Shown here piece after piece: positions 52,517 to 64,000 of a stretch of DNA of 64,000 bases. The translations under genes were made by a program, and so were the position numbers. The DNA is from Phoronis australis (Eukaryota > Animalia > Phoronida), in the NCBI GenBank assembly GCA_002633005.1, contig NMRA01000517.1:171301-235300 (forward strand), written 5' to 3'. The notes under the pieces were generated by a model, which saw only the letters and a list, made by a program, of their open reading frames with translations, searched no databases and was not told where the DNA came from. The stretch's first letter is position 1, and every line of letters starts with the position of its first letter.

Positions 52517-53425
52517 TCATGCCTGGCCTTGGTCAACGTTTACGAGTTCCGGATGGACTCGAGACAGCCGCCAAAAACACAACACCTTTATGTAACCACT
52601 TCTGAACTCTTCACATCGCAACCCATAGATAAAACTGTTAAGGCAAGAGTTGCCGAGTGCAATCCATTTAACTGTGACACGAGTAAGGCGCGAATGTGGA
52701 GCAACAAACCTCGTGACGAAAAACGGAGACCAGCAAACAAAGAAGAGTGACGTCAGTAAAATAAGGGTATTGATGGCTTTCCGTGTGTTGTGGTCGAGTC
52801 CGATGGTCGATGTTCTGATTTTAAAGAATATTTTAATGTAACAGAAGCTGATAAGTAACAGAGGAATTACAAATCCAATGACAAACACAACAATAACCCC
52901 ATTTCCGTCTAATTTGTTTTTACCCAAAAGACAACTGTTTCCTTTCCCAACCTGTAAAGTTATCAGAATAATTAAAATAAATATGGTTAAAACCAATACT
53001 ATGCCGAAAATTTTTCTTTTGGTGAAGATGGTGTCGTATCGATGACTTAGGCACACTTTGATGTAACGGTTTACGGCAATCAACACCATGTCGTAGACGG
53101 ACATCGAGCAACATAACCAATTTATGACGTGTAGAAGAGCACAGATGGCGGGCTGATCACTGAATAAGGTAGTATTACCCAGCCAAGCGTTAACCATATA
53201 CATTGGCATGACCCACACCACGACCAACAGATCAGCAAGAGCAAGAACTATAATAAAAATGTTCCCGGGTTTATTCTTCGCATTCTGCTGACTCATTATG
53301 GCGCTGATTATGAGCACGTTGCCCACAAGTCCCGGAAGTATCAAAAATGGGGGCACATACTTTTCGAACATTATCGACTCCTCAAATGCAAGTATGTGTT
53401 CCCCAGCCGTAAAATTCATTTCCAT
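52517..53425 (-). CDS. Intronless class A GPCR, melatonin-receptor-like (302 aa from first ATG), nested antisense in XDH intron 3
   Basis: GN (TM1), LALADL (TM2), C3.25 and IAVNRY (TM3), FVIP..ISFCY (TM5), CWSP (TM6), NSCLNSFIYG (TM7), helix-8 FR. N-terminal NFT sequon. The ORF-track start at 53494 is GTG; the first ATG is at 53425. Confidence 0.93.
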   Translation of the reverse strand: MEMNFTAGEHILAFEESIMFEKYVPPFLILPGLVGNVLIISAIMSQQNAKNKPGNIFIIVLALADLLVVVWVMPMYMVNAWLGNTTLFSDQPAICALLHVINWLCCSMSVYDMVLIAVNRYIKVCLSHRYDTIFTKRKIFGIVLVLTIFILIILITLQVGKGNSCLLGKNKLDGNGVIVVFVIGFVIPLLLISFCYIKIFFKIRTSTIGLDHNTRKAINTLILLTSLFFVCWSPFFVTRFVAPHSRLTRVTVKWIALGNSCLNSFIYGLRCEEFRSGYIKVLCFWRLSRVHPELVNVDQGQA

Positions 53426-54166
53426 TTTGCCTTGAAGTACGATTAAATAACATCCGCTGACCACAACTTTCCTATGTATCCAACTGAAAATCACAACTCA
53501 TACGAAGATGCTAAGCAAGCCGTAAGTAAAACTCTATTTTCAATTTGATGTCGTCTTTGGAATATATCTGCTTCCCAGCATTTGATATCGTCACTAACAT
53601 GCTGTCTATGTACTTGCACGAGTGTATGACTTGATACAGATACATTATTGACTTTTGTCTCTGGTCTGACGCAATAGGCTTTCATTCGCGACTTTCGCAA
53701 CTGATCCGTGACTGATAAGCGAAAGACAATACTGCAATTACGTGTGTCAGTGATCACTTTTCTAATGAGTCGCAGGATGTTTGCAGCTTATTTACGGGAG
53801 TAATTCAGCGGCAAACAACAAAAATAAAATTCGAGAAAAAATCGAAATGACGCTGTTTTTCCAATATAACACAATAACTTCTCTCTCGTAATTACGACTT
53901 CTCGCATAAAGCGTAAATGCCAACTCGGTGTCAACAACACGGAACACCTTGTCAAATTGTACTTCCGACTTGGAAGATTCTTGCACCATTAGTTCACAAC
54001 TGCAGTAATAAATTAAACCCGCATCGTGTATATCGCTGGTCTCTTTCGTGATGTATACGAATTCGATATAGTTGAGGTGGCACCCTTCATCAACGGGCTG
54101 CTTCATGATGCCCGTAATTTCTATGGGTACCAATGGGTGTTATTGCCTTATAGGACGTCAGGGTCG

Positions 54167-54973
54167 TTATGCGCCCACATATTTATATGCGCGTGCATAT
54201 TGCCGTCATTTCTGTCTGTCGGGCGTCCGTCGTCCGGCGTCCTGCGTCTGCTAAACCCCTCGCTGCATCTTGATTTGGCTGATGTGTTCCTTTGAAGCTG
54301 GTGATGGATGACGACGAATTTCGGACGGATCCGACTACCGGTGTGCCCCCTAGTGGCAATTTTATTTTTTTACGTTTACCTCTGCATCTTGAAAGGTCCT
54401 TAAGGGATTTGACGCTTTCCTTTTGTTTTCTAATAGATTCGATGTATTTTGTGCCACCTACTGGACATCTTTTACTGTTTCCGAGTCTGTTTTTGGCGTC
54501 CGCCCCTCTGTCAACCAAAGCACTCTAGAGATGATTGTGAAGATTGGCATATATTATCATAGTGTGAAAAGGATGGTTGACGATGATTTTCCGACGACTG
54601 CGACTACTGTGGCATTTCTTAGTGGCAGTTTTGTTTTTGCGTCCATAGTTGTGTCTCCTAAACTCACTACAATATCTTTATTAAATTTAGCTAGTGTATT
54701 TTTATCTAGTGACAACGGACGACGACGACTTTCAGACGGATCTGATAAACGTCGTGCATCGTAGTGGCAAGTCCATTGTCCCGGTTTTCCTTTGTTTCTC
54801 TGAAGTTCCTTGACGGATTTTTGTGAAATTTGGTAAATAGCATTTTATTAAAGAAACGGTGACATGTCGTATTTTTCTCATCTGGTGCCCATTTCTAGCC
54901 TTAAACATCCCTAGAAGCAAACCCTTTGCGCTTCATTCGTGGGCGCATTTCAACGCTCCGCCTTGCTCTTGTT
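54167..54973 (-). mobile_element. Short full-length inverted copy of the HINE-like element
   Basis: TTATGCGCCCACATATTTAT hairpin end, a GTCC/GTCT microsatellite-like patch, internal units and a ...GCTCTTGTT end, all matching 2188-4378. Confidence 0.75.
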
Positions 54974-55760
54974 TGAAAGGTTCTATTAGAGTTGACTCAT
55001 GTTTTTGGAGGAGAATGCATCGTAGAGATTACTTTTTTCTCGAGACCCTAAATTCGTATGACATTTCGATCCATGCCACAAATTTAAACCATGAGGTCTT
55101 TGTGCAATGACTTTGTGGAATATTGTTGGACCTGATGCTTATTCAAGCAGTAGTGACCCACGTGTCGCTGCTGGATACTATATGGAAACGGTAGAAGGAA
55201 CACTAGGCAGTCTAATTAAAATGAAGGGTGGCATGGCAATTGCAGCTTTAAGAAAAGTCACGCCTGAGCAAAAAGTGGGTTAAGTGGTCAATAATTAGCT
55301 TTATTTTAATCAGAACAGACTGTATGATCAAGTAAATGTCATTCCTAGGCCGTCACACGCAACATAAAACTCAAAATACCCAGCCAATCTAGTAAGCAAC
55401 AATATCTAAAGAGGTAAATACAACCGTGGCAAATTCAATCATGACTCATGAAAAGTGCCTGGAATGCTGAATTACATGTTTCCAGTCGACAAGTAAAGAT
55501 TTCTCACTACTAGTGCTTTGCGAATGCATTAGATATGTTCTGAAACATCTTTTTCCCGACGCTACTTGGACGGCTCCGTGTGCTCCATTACTGTTATTGG
55601 CACATGGTGGACCATCAGAAACGTGGACAAGGGAAGACAGAATATACGTAGCAGGACAAACGAAAGCGCATCAGGAAGTGGTAGAATTTTTTGGGAGAAG
55701 TAGGAGGGGGGGGGGGGGGGGGANAGGTTACCGAATAAACTTTTTATTGTTTATATTCAG

Positions 55761-55869
55761 CCATGCCGCAGTCAACGCCTGCTTGGTGCCCGTAGCTTCA
55801 GTTCACGGATGTGCCGTAACAACTGTTGAAGGGATAGGCAACTCTCGAACGCGACTTCACGATGTTCAG
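55761..55869 (+). CDS. XDH: XDH/AOX coding exon 4 ([36 protein letters not shown]), 109 nt
   Basis: NACL and VTTVEGIG motifs. Acceptor ATTCAG, donor CAG|GTAAGA, phases consistent. Confidence 0.96.
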
Positions 55870-55993
55870 GTAAGACCTACATGTAACAAATTAGTCGGCA
55901 GGATCTTGTAGGAATTCTTAACTTGTGAATTCCCATAGAAATTCATGAACAACGTTATCTTTTTGAGTAGTTTATGTGCACATTATTTGGCAG

Positions 55994-56120
55994 GAGCGTC
56001 TGGCCAAGTCGCATGGTACACAGTGTGGCTACTGTTCTCCAGGCATGGTGATGTCAATGTACGCTCTCTTACGAAATAACCCGAACCCTTCCGAACTGGA
56101 CATCGAAGAAGCAATAGGCG
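55994..56120 (+). CDS. XDH: XDH/AOX coding exon 5 ([43 protein letters not shown]), 127 nt
   Basis: QCGxCxPG second [2Fe-2S] motif. Acceptor GGCAG, donor G|GTGAGT. The next exon (GNLCRCTGY) was not found in the window. Confidence 0.96.
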
Positions 56121-57519
56121 GTGAGTTTTTATTGGAATGTTGCGGTAACGCGGCATTAACCGGCGACGAGAAATCGGGTTTATACACATTAGCAACCGCG
56201 AGGAGATTCCATCTTTCCGGTTGCGCGTTTATGTCGTACGTCTTCGCTTAAATTCTTTTATACATGTCCTAGGGTCACCCAAATGACTCTATCATAAATT
56301 TGTCTACATTTAATGCCCAACAAGGTCGTTTTGATTCGTCATCCATCTACTGTGCCTAGTGTAACACAGTGTAATGTATCTATAAAGACTGTGTTATTAC
56401 TCTGCGCGTGTAAGCGCAAAGTACTGTTGTTCCTGGGTTTTCTTCAATTTTATTCTTATTCTCTTATTCTTATTCTTCTTCCGACCAACTTTGAGGCTTA
56501 ATAACTCCAAATTGGGTGCAGGTACGGTCTTTAAATGACAGTAAGCAAGTATTCTGATGTGTCAACCGTTAGACAACTGTGATTCTCAGCGTTAAACACA
56601 TTTTCCATGGGCTTTGCAATAATTCTCCTAAAGATGCTTAAAATGCACCGGATAAGGTCAATTAGTGCAAAGGTCATGTAACGTTCAAAATGTTATGTCT
56701 CTTACGTTTTTCAAGGAATTCTGGTGTAAGTCAACATGCCAAGTGAATACCCTACTTTACTTCGCAATAGGCCTAACCAATCAGAAAAAATAGGTCAAAG
56801 GTCATTGAGTGCAAACTAAAATTTTGAGCTAGAGACTTCAGAATTACGTATCTGTTTACTAAGTGCGATTGAGTTTGAATTCTAAATTTTCAGGTCATTT
56901 GGTGCACCATGGGGTCATTAGGTACATTTTTCTTCTGAAAGTTTGACCTCTTCATTCATCTTGTATTCTGAAGTGCTTAAAGTAAAACATCTGTGATTAT
57001 TAGCATTAACCACACTTTTAATCGAGTTAACACTTACTCCCTCATCGGGGCTCACAATGCACCGGAAGAGGTCAATTAGTGGAAAGGTCATCAAAAAATT
57101 AATATGTAATTTCTCCTACAATTTTAAAGAAATCCTTTTCATATTGGTAGACGGGTTGCTGTCAGTAACTTCCCATAATAATTCCAGTAATACGCAGAGT
57201 CCGTTATTGTCACGCCGTGACAATAATCTTTCTAGTTAGAGTATTTTAGTTATCATAATCATTGACTCAGCTGTTCCTTTATGTTGATCTCCTGCAGCAG
57301 CAGCGGCGGTGACAACAGCAGCACTCAGATATTTTATATTATCGAACGTTTACTATGGGTTTGGCTTCATGGAAGCCCTATGTTTCTCCGTTATGCTATG
57401 AAGCTGACAGCATTTTATGGTGAAATGGCTTCCTCCATAATGATTTCGACAAATCGATGAATTGCAACTTATTACTTTTCAGAACGAAGTGCTTTAGATG
57501 CTTTTTTGGACAAGTTCTT

Positions 57520-57900
57520 TATGAGCCCTTGTGGGGACCGCTGGCGCACAAATTAAAAAGTGTAGGAGACAGTGAGAGGTCTTCGCTGACTAGAATAACA
57601 TCCACCACACTACTGCGTCTGTATATAACTAAGAAACACAAATTTTCCAGACCTTTGTCTTCCCCAACTCGACCCAGCAGTTTGCATTTGTTGCACGAGG
57701 CAACACCTCAAGCCATGATAGTTAGATCCATTGTCTTGCGGTACTTGGCAATGCTTTGTGGTTTTATCAGTTTGAAAACCAAGCTGGTACAGATCTTCGC
57801 CAACAAGTTCTCATTTGTCTTCTCAATTATTTCATTGGTCTTCATTTTCAAAGTTAGTGGCAGAACGACCATTTACGAGTCCCGCGCGTGCGTGAGTATA
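57520..57900 (-). mobile_element. Decayed LINE AP-endonuclease fragment
   Basis: Minus strand RKTMD..*G..C...LLGRVGEDKG.....SSVVDVILVSEDL resembles the APE C-terminus (NGR..D..G.FT..SVVDY.L.S). Confidence 0.5.
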
Positions 57901-59206
57901 GAAAGACCATGGGAGTGGTTTGGGAGTGTGAATTTCAATCTTTCACATGGACTCCAAAAACTGTATTGTGAGGTTAGTTTCCAACTAATTTAAAACTTGC
58001 ATTGATTCGTCTTCCGATTATGTAACTTGGTAAGCTAGCATAGTTCATGGGCGATAGGCGACACAGGGTTTAGAGACCATTTCTGTGAACATTTTTTCTG
58101 TGATGTTTCCTGGACTCTGTTTCCCCCAGAACCCACGTTGTTCCTTAAGTCGGACGTTCCCATGCCAAGAATTGAACAATGGCACTTACCTCATTATCCA
58201 CCTGCTGCCTGATGGTTTGGTACTTGATCCAATTATGTTGCGTAAACGGCAGAATTTATGAGAAGCAAAATACTGGCAGCATTTTCCAAAGGTTTTAGTT
58301 TTTTCTCGTCCTATTTTCAAAGTTCAAAAACGTAATCACCTGTGCTTTTCACGAACTATTTAAATGTCCATATGAAAACTTTCAAAACGAAAAATTAAAA
58401 ATTTTATTGTTGCCTCAAGTGTTTACAATGGGTTAGATTATCTAGAGGACATTTGTGAAGGATGATCCGTCACATAAGTACTTAGAAAATAGAACCAGAG
58501 CGTGGAATCTTTCTTGAGCCTTCTTTATGTTTATAGGAATGCGCAGTTCTAGAAAGTGTTTGTTTACTGGTGAAAAGTTCCAGAACATTGCAAAACACAA
58601 GTATATTACGGTTAGTGTGAGCTCAACTGATGTTAAGTTACAGTTGTGCTGAAGTTTAGAATTAACAATTACAGCATTTGTCAATAGAGAGCCAACTGTA
58701 GAGGCAGGTTGTTGAACCAACGATTGTAACACTTCACAAGTCGAGATTTGAGTAGACTTTTGAACAATAGTGATTAACTCGAAGCAGTCTTCAGTCTATC
58801 GTCGCATCGAAAGCTATAATAAATTACCACCGGTCAGTGACAACCTGCAAAACGTGACAGCAAGCCTGACGATCTCTGGACTCGTGATGCGTAGAATAAT
58901 AGAATCTTATAGCAACGGGTTTTAATGTTACATCTGATTAATATCTCTTTGTCTCTAATGAGACCTCCATGCTTGCGTGATATCAGTCACTTTGTAGTAG
59001 ACAGCTCATTAACACAAAAGGATTAATTCTACATTTCTCGTTACCCTCTCGTTCAATGACACTACACCTCGGATCTAGAGATCACCAAGACTGATGGTCC
59101 ATTTAACCTAACGTCACTTTGTGCGTGACATCTTGGCGCCCATTATGAGAAAAAGTCGATATGTGCCAGTATGATAACACTCCCAACACTTTTTGGAAAA
59201 AAAGCA

Positions 59207-59562
59207 TTGTGTTAGCATGTTTTAGCAAGCACCAAATAACATGTGTTAGCATGTTTGAGCAAGCACCAAATGCCATGTGTTANNNNNNNNNNNNNNNNNN
59301 NNNNNNNNNNNNNNNNNNNNNNNNNNNNNNNNNNNNNNNNNNNNNNNNNNNNNNNNNNNNNNNNNNNNNNNNNNNNNNNNNNNNNNNCATGTGTTAGCAT
59401 GTTTGAGCAAGCACCAAATGACATTTGTTAGCATGTTTGAGCAAGCACCAAATGACATGTGTTAGCATGTTTGAGCAAGCTACAAATGACATTTGTTAGC
59501 ATGTTTGAGCAAGCACCAAATGACATGTGTTAGCATGTTTGAGCAAGCACCAAATGACATGT
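59207..59562. repeat. 34-bp minisatellite spanning a gap (second array at about 61043-61245)
   Basis: TGTGTTAGCATGTTTGAGCAAGCACCAAATGACA repeats. Confidence 0.95.
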
Positions 59563-60792
59563 GCTGCTGGTTACGAGTGACTGGCAATACGTAGAATTAA
59601 AAGGTTCTCGAATGAAGAAAGCAGTAAGCGTTGGGCATTACGTCACAGATTTAGACATTCTTTTGGTAATGGGAATCTAACATGCCACTAACAGATAAAA
59701 ATGCATCAGCTTCTTTCTCGCGCTCGCTCGTGGTTGCTATGGAAACTAGTGCGTTGGCTGGTCCGACAAACCTGCTATAGTAAACTTATGTGTGTCGATA
59801 TTTCTTATTATAGCGTCAACAAAGAACTTTCTTTATATGGTACGCTCGTTATTACATCTATATCCGCTAACTTCTGTAAAAGTAGTATTTCTCCCTTTTG
59901 CACTGGCTAAAAACGAAAGTCGAATAAGCCCTTACTCTCATAAAATCGAACTCGTAATCTTCCATGCAGTAACAGAATTCTATATCCGTTACCAAAACCT
60001 GGAAACCATCAGTGACTCAAGAATACGCTTCAGAGTTTGTTGAGGCTGGTAAACCCTAAAATTGCGAATTCAAAAATGACGCATCCCATTGCCTATGACT
60101 AGAGTTGGGGTATGCCATCATTTTTTTACTGTCAAATGAGATCACTAAGCAGGCAGGTCTTTTGAAAACTTTGGTGCCTCGTTATCTCGCATGGTAGGAC
60201 AAATTCAAATGTGAGACCTACAGTCGTGTCCGAGTTAAGATGTTGTCAGGTGGGCCGTATTTGATTTTTGTTGTATTGGCAGGCCATTTTTCAAAATCAA
60301 AATTTTTGATACCTTTGAAAGACGAAAAAACACGACAAACGGGTCCTAATTTTTAATTCAGCTGCTCTCAACATATCACAGAGGTTGTTTAGAAGTTACT
60401 TTTGTGCTTTTTAATAGATTAAATAATAGATTAAATGTGCCCTTATTCATATTTTATGTTATTCAAAATAATCATTAATGGGTGTAGATTGACTGTCTAA
60501 AATGCATTTTGAAAGAGACATTGTTCAGGTGGTTGTTCTGTGTTCTTGTTGCCAGGTGTGAAAATGGCTTTCAAGGCTTGGGTAAGGTCCCGTCATGAGC
60601 ATTTGAGAAGCGCTGAAGGCCGCTAGGGACCAGATTCATAGCCCAGATATAAGACCAGAGTAATAGCCCAGATATAGCACGAGAGTCATAGCCCAGATAT
60701 AGCACCTCAAAGCTGAGGATCAAAACTATTTCAGCAAAAGGGTAGCGTACGTATCTTATGCCACGGGTAACATTTATCATGGTTATGCTACG

Positions 60793-60971
60793 GAGAGGGG
60801 GGAAGCATTGATGACCACCAGAGTCAGAGCGAATAGGCGACGAGCTCAAGGGAGGGGGAAGGCATTGATGACTACCAGGGTCTGATAGAATAGGCGACGA
60901 GCTCAGGAGAGGAGGCTTTGATGACTACCAGGGTCAGAGAGAATAGGTGACGAGCTCAAAGGAGGGGGAGG
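60793..60971. repeat. Degenerate 50-57-bp tandem repeat x3
   Basis: GGAG(A)GGGGG..GCATTGATGAC.ACCAG.GTC.GA..GAATAGGCGACGAGCTCA. Confidence 0.85.
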
Positions 60972-63900
60972 NGCCCATTATGAGAAAAAGTCGATATGTG
61001 CCAGTATGATAACACTCCCAACACTTTTTGGAAAAAAAGCATTGTGTTAGCATGTTTTAGCAAGCACCAAATAACATGTGTTAGCATGTTTGAGCAAGCA
61101 CCAAATGCCATGTGTTAGCATGTTTGAGCAAGCACCAAATGACATGTGTTAGCATGTTTGAGCAAGCACCAAATGCCATGTGTTAGCATGTTTGAGCAAG
61201 CACCAAATGACATTTGTTAGCATGTTTGAGCAAGCTCCAAATGACATCTGCTGCTGGTTACGAGTGACTGGCAATACGTAGAATTAAAAGGTTCTCGAAT
61301 GAAGAAAGCAGTAAGCGTTGGGCACAGATTTAGACATTCTTTTGGTAATGGGAATCTAACATGCCACTAACAGATAAAAATGCATCAGCTTCTTTCTCGC
61401 GCTCGCTCGTGGTTGCTATGGAAACTAGTGCAATTGAAGGAAAGTGATTGAGGGTGTGTACCAGGGGAACCAGACAGGGGTGCAGTAAAGTGGCAACTTG
61501 GATGTGGACCAGGGGAAGCATGCAGGGGTTCAGGAGAGGGCATTTTGGTCAGGTTTCTTTTCCAAAAGACGAAACTCAAGTGTCCTGAATTAAAAAGGGG
61601 TTTTGCCGTTGTTTAGCTAAGCATGAAGAAATCTTAACCAAAGCGCTTCATGGTGCTCAAAACAGTAACACAGTAACACACTCCTGTATTATTGCTATAT
61701 GATGTAAAGCGTTCACGCTCCATTGTTTGAGTTCGCAGTTTTAAGCTTTGCCATGCCAGTAAACTCTCAGAGGTTTCGTTTAACCAGTTTTAAGAGGTTT
61801 TTAGAGGCTTATTTTTTCGATTTTAGACAGGTTATTACTGAGGAAATGTCTGGTAATGTTTAATCTATACAAAACAAGAAATGAGGAAGAATACAGTACT
61901 ATGAGTACGTATAATGCATCTGTCTTAACAAGAGGAAGACAAAGCGGTGGTAATTGCAGCAGGATGTCACTCAATTCTAATGGCAGGAAAACATTAGAGA
62001 CCACTTTAACTTAAACTGTGATAATGCCTTCCTGTTATTATCGCCAGCAGTGCCTTCCTCGTCATAGAAGGAATACGTTACCATTATTTTCGCTTAGTTA
62101 ACGCGTTTTCAAATGTGATGTAAGAACGAGTTGTTTACGTTGACAGCAGTTTGAAGTTTCAAAACTTAAAAGTCATTATCTATAAAATGTTACCTATTTG
62201 CTCCATTAAGGTCGCCTATTAGTGGTGATGAGGTGCTTTGAATATGAAACGATTTACCTCCACAAATGCAACATTCTCCAGGCATTTACTGAAACATATG
62301 TTTGTAACCTGTACCAATCGATGTCGTTCACGAGTGTAAATTGAGGCGTTCCTCACGAATTGCATCTCTGTAATTGTTAAGTGATGAGCTTTAACCATCG
62401 TACTTGCACTCAAGTGTCGCAGGCAGAAAAGTGTCATTTTGCTGTAAATAACTAGTTACGACGTATAAGACGTTCTGTGCCATACTTTGCTTTGCGTTTT
62501 ATTTTTGTGAGAACAATATAATAACGACAGAGTGAACGGGGAAATAAGAAATAGCAAGTTTAGATCCTGGGTGAGTTGGCTGAACAACCTCAGGGATGGC
62601 TTAAAATCTGTAGGCTAGCATTGGTTGGGAGGTGCACTACGCCGATGAATGAAATCTCAAAACTACTTGAAACCCACTCTCTAAGTCAATAATTGTCGAC
62701 ATGTTGTTTCCAGTTTGGCCCGGGTTGATCGTGAATCTCAGACGGCTAAGCTTGAATCGCGTGAGCGCATGCGGCCTTGGGCTTGACATTCTCGGTCGAC
62801 ACTTGTCGATGGGAATAAAACAGAGGTGCTCGTAAATGGTGTCAACCGTGGCTTTGCCCCTAATTTTGTCTTTCTTTTGGTCCCCTTGGTCACCGCAGGG
62901 CCCTAAATGTCCGCTTATTTCGCAAAGTGGGCGTGAGCGGTGGCCTTAAGGATATCTCCAACCATATTTAGTGGCCTCAATTCTAACTCGTATATAAAAA
63001 ACTAAGCTTTGTCAACTAGTAAAAGTACATATTTTCTGAAAGAAAAAAATTAGGGAATATGAAAATACTTTTTGTATTAATGTACCGTTATTATTTTGTA
63101 AAAACCTTTTTAAGTCAAAATTTTATTTTTAAGAATGGTACATTCATAACAAAATAACCCCTCGGTCGATTTTGATGAAACCCTTTTAAATGAAAAATTC
63201 TCCAGTTACCTCAAAAACGTAATTAGGAATTTTCGATTAGTCTTTCGTTTGGTTTCTTTGACAAATCAACTCGCAAAACGTAAGGTATCTTTGTAAAAAC
63301 CAGAAATCGTTTTCGTCTTTATTACATTACGCAAAAGGAGGCCTTTATATCGAAAATTCTATCAGAGTTTTTCAGAATGATGACTAAATGTTAAATTTGG
63401 AAAGTTTCACCGAAATCCCAGCCGTTTTCGAGAACTCGTGTTCCTAAGTTCAAATAAAGTCGATTTACCGAAGCCGAGAAAAAGCCGACTAAACTGGGAC
63501 AAGTGAAAATCTCAAAGTCTTCGTATAATTATTCGGTAAAATCTTGTTTTCGGTACACATAACCTATTCAAGCCTTAAATATGTTCTGTATTTCAACATT
63601 CACTCGCAATGTCAACTGATTTTGCAGTGCGTAATTAACTTAATTATCATTAAAACGTACCATACCCAGCTAACTCTTACTATTGTTTGCGACCTTTTGA
63701 CCTACTGTTATATAAATAGGTCACATATCAGTTATACACATAGCCTGTACACGTCACGTGCTAGGAGACTCACAAAAATCGAATCGGTGGTGTCGTTAGC
63801 ATGATATCGAAACATTGAAATGTCAATTTATTAATTGAATGAAGGAATTAGGGTGAGGATTTATCTCTTTTCTCAGCTTGCTGTGTTCATGACCACAGAG

Positions 63901-64000
63901 GCCTGAGGTGACCGTAGCCTTCGTTCCTAACGACAACGGTCGTATGCCTGTAGACGCACAACTCCCTTAGGATCAAAACTACGTTTTGTATTTGTTTTCC

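Noticed and set aside
53792-54133. 113-aa ORF upstream of the GPCR on the same strand
   Set aside because: No recognisable domain or convincing splice link to the GPCR.
57457-57993. 178-aa plus-strand ORF
   Set aside because: No recognisable motifs and no match to the expected XDH exon 6. The opposite strand resembles a decayed LINE endonuclease.
59733-59746. RFX X-box-like GTTGCTATGGAAAC
   Set aside because: Isolated motif in a duplicated, repeat-rich intronic block with no associated gene start.

Overview
Eukaryotic (animal, probably marine invertebrate) draft-assembly DNA: AT-rich, repeat-dense, with N gaps. No prokaryotic features. The main gene is the 5' part of a molybdo-flavoenzyme (xanthine dehydrogenase/aldehyde oxidase family) on the + strand. 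Five coding exons (38057-38101, 40289-40346, 46412-46508, 55761-55869, 55994-56120) encode most of the 2x[2Fe-2S] domain, and the gene continues beyond the window. The second coding intron (40347-46411) is a minor-spliceosome (U12-type) intron that contains a Penelope fragment with a decayed hammerhead ribozyme and a MITE. The third intron contains an intact, intronless, antisense melatonin-receptor-like GPCR (52517-53425) with an unusually short TM4-ECL2 region. The remainder is decayed or non-autonomous mobile DNA: a KolobokP-like relic (THAP plus a P2X7-ballast-like KolX exon), an Academ XPG-nuclease relic, hAT MITEs with 8-bp TSDs, Helentron/HINE-like elements, tRNA-like heads and many minisatellites. 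Three duplications that abut Ns are probably uncollapsed haplotypes. I found no clearly new biological system; the best lead is the XDH/AOX gene combining a U12 intron with a nested divergent GPCR.
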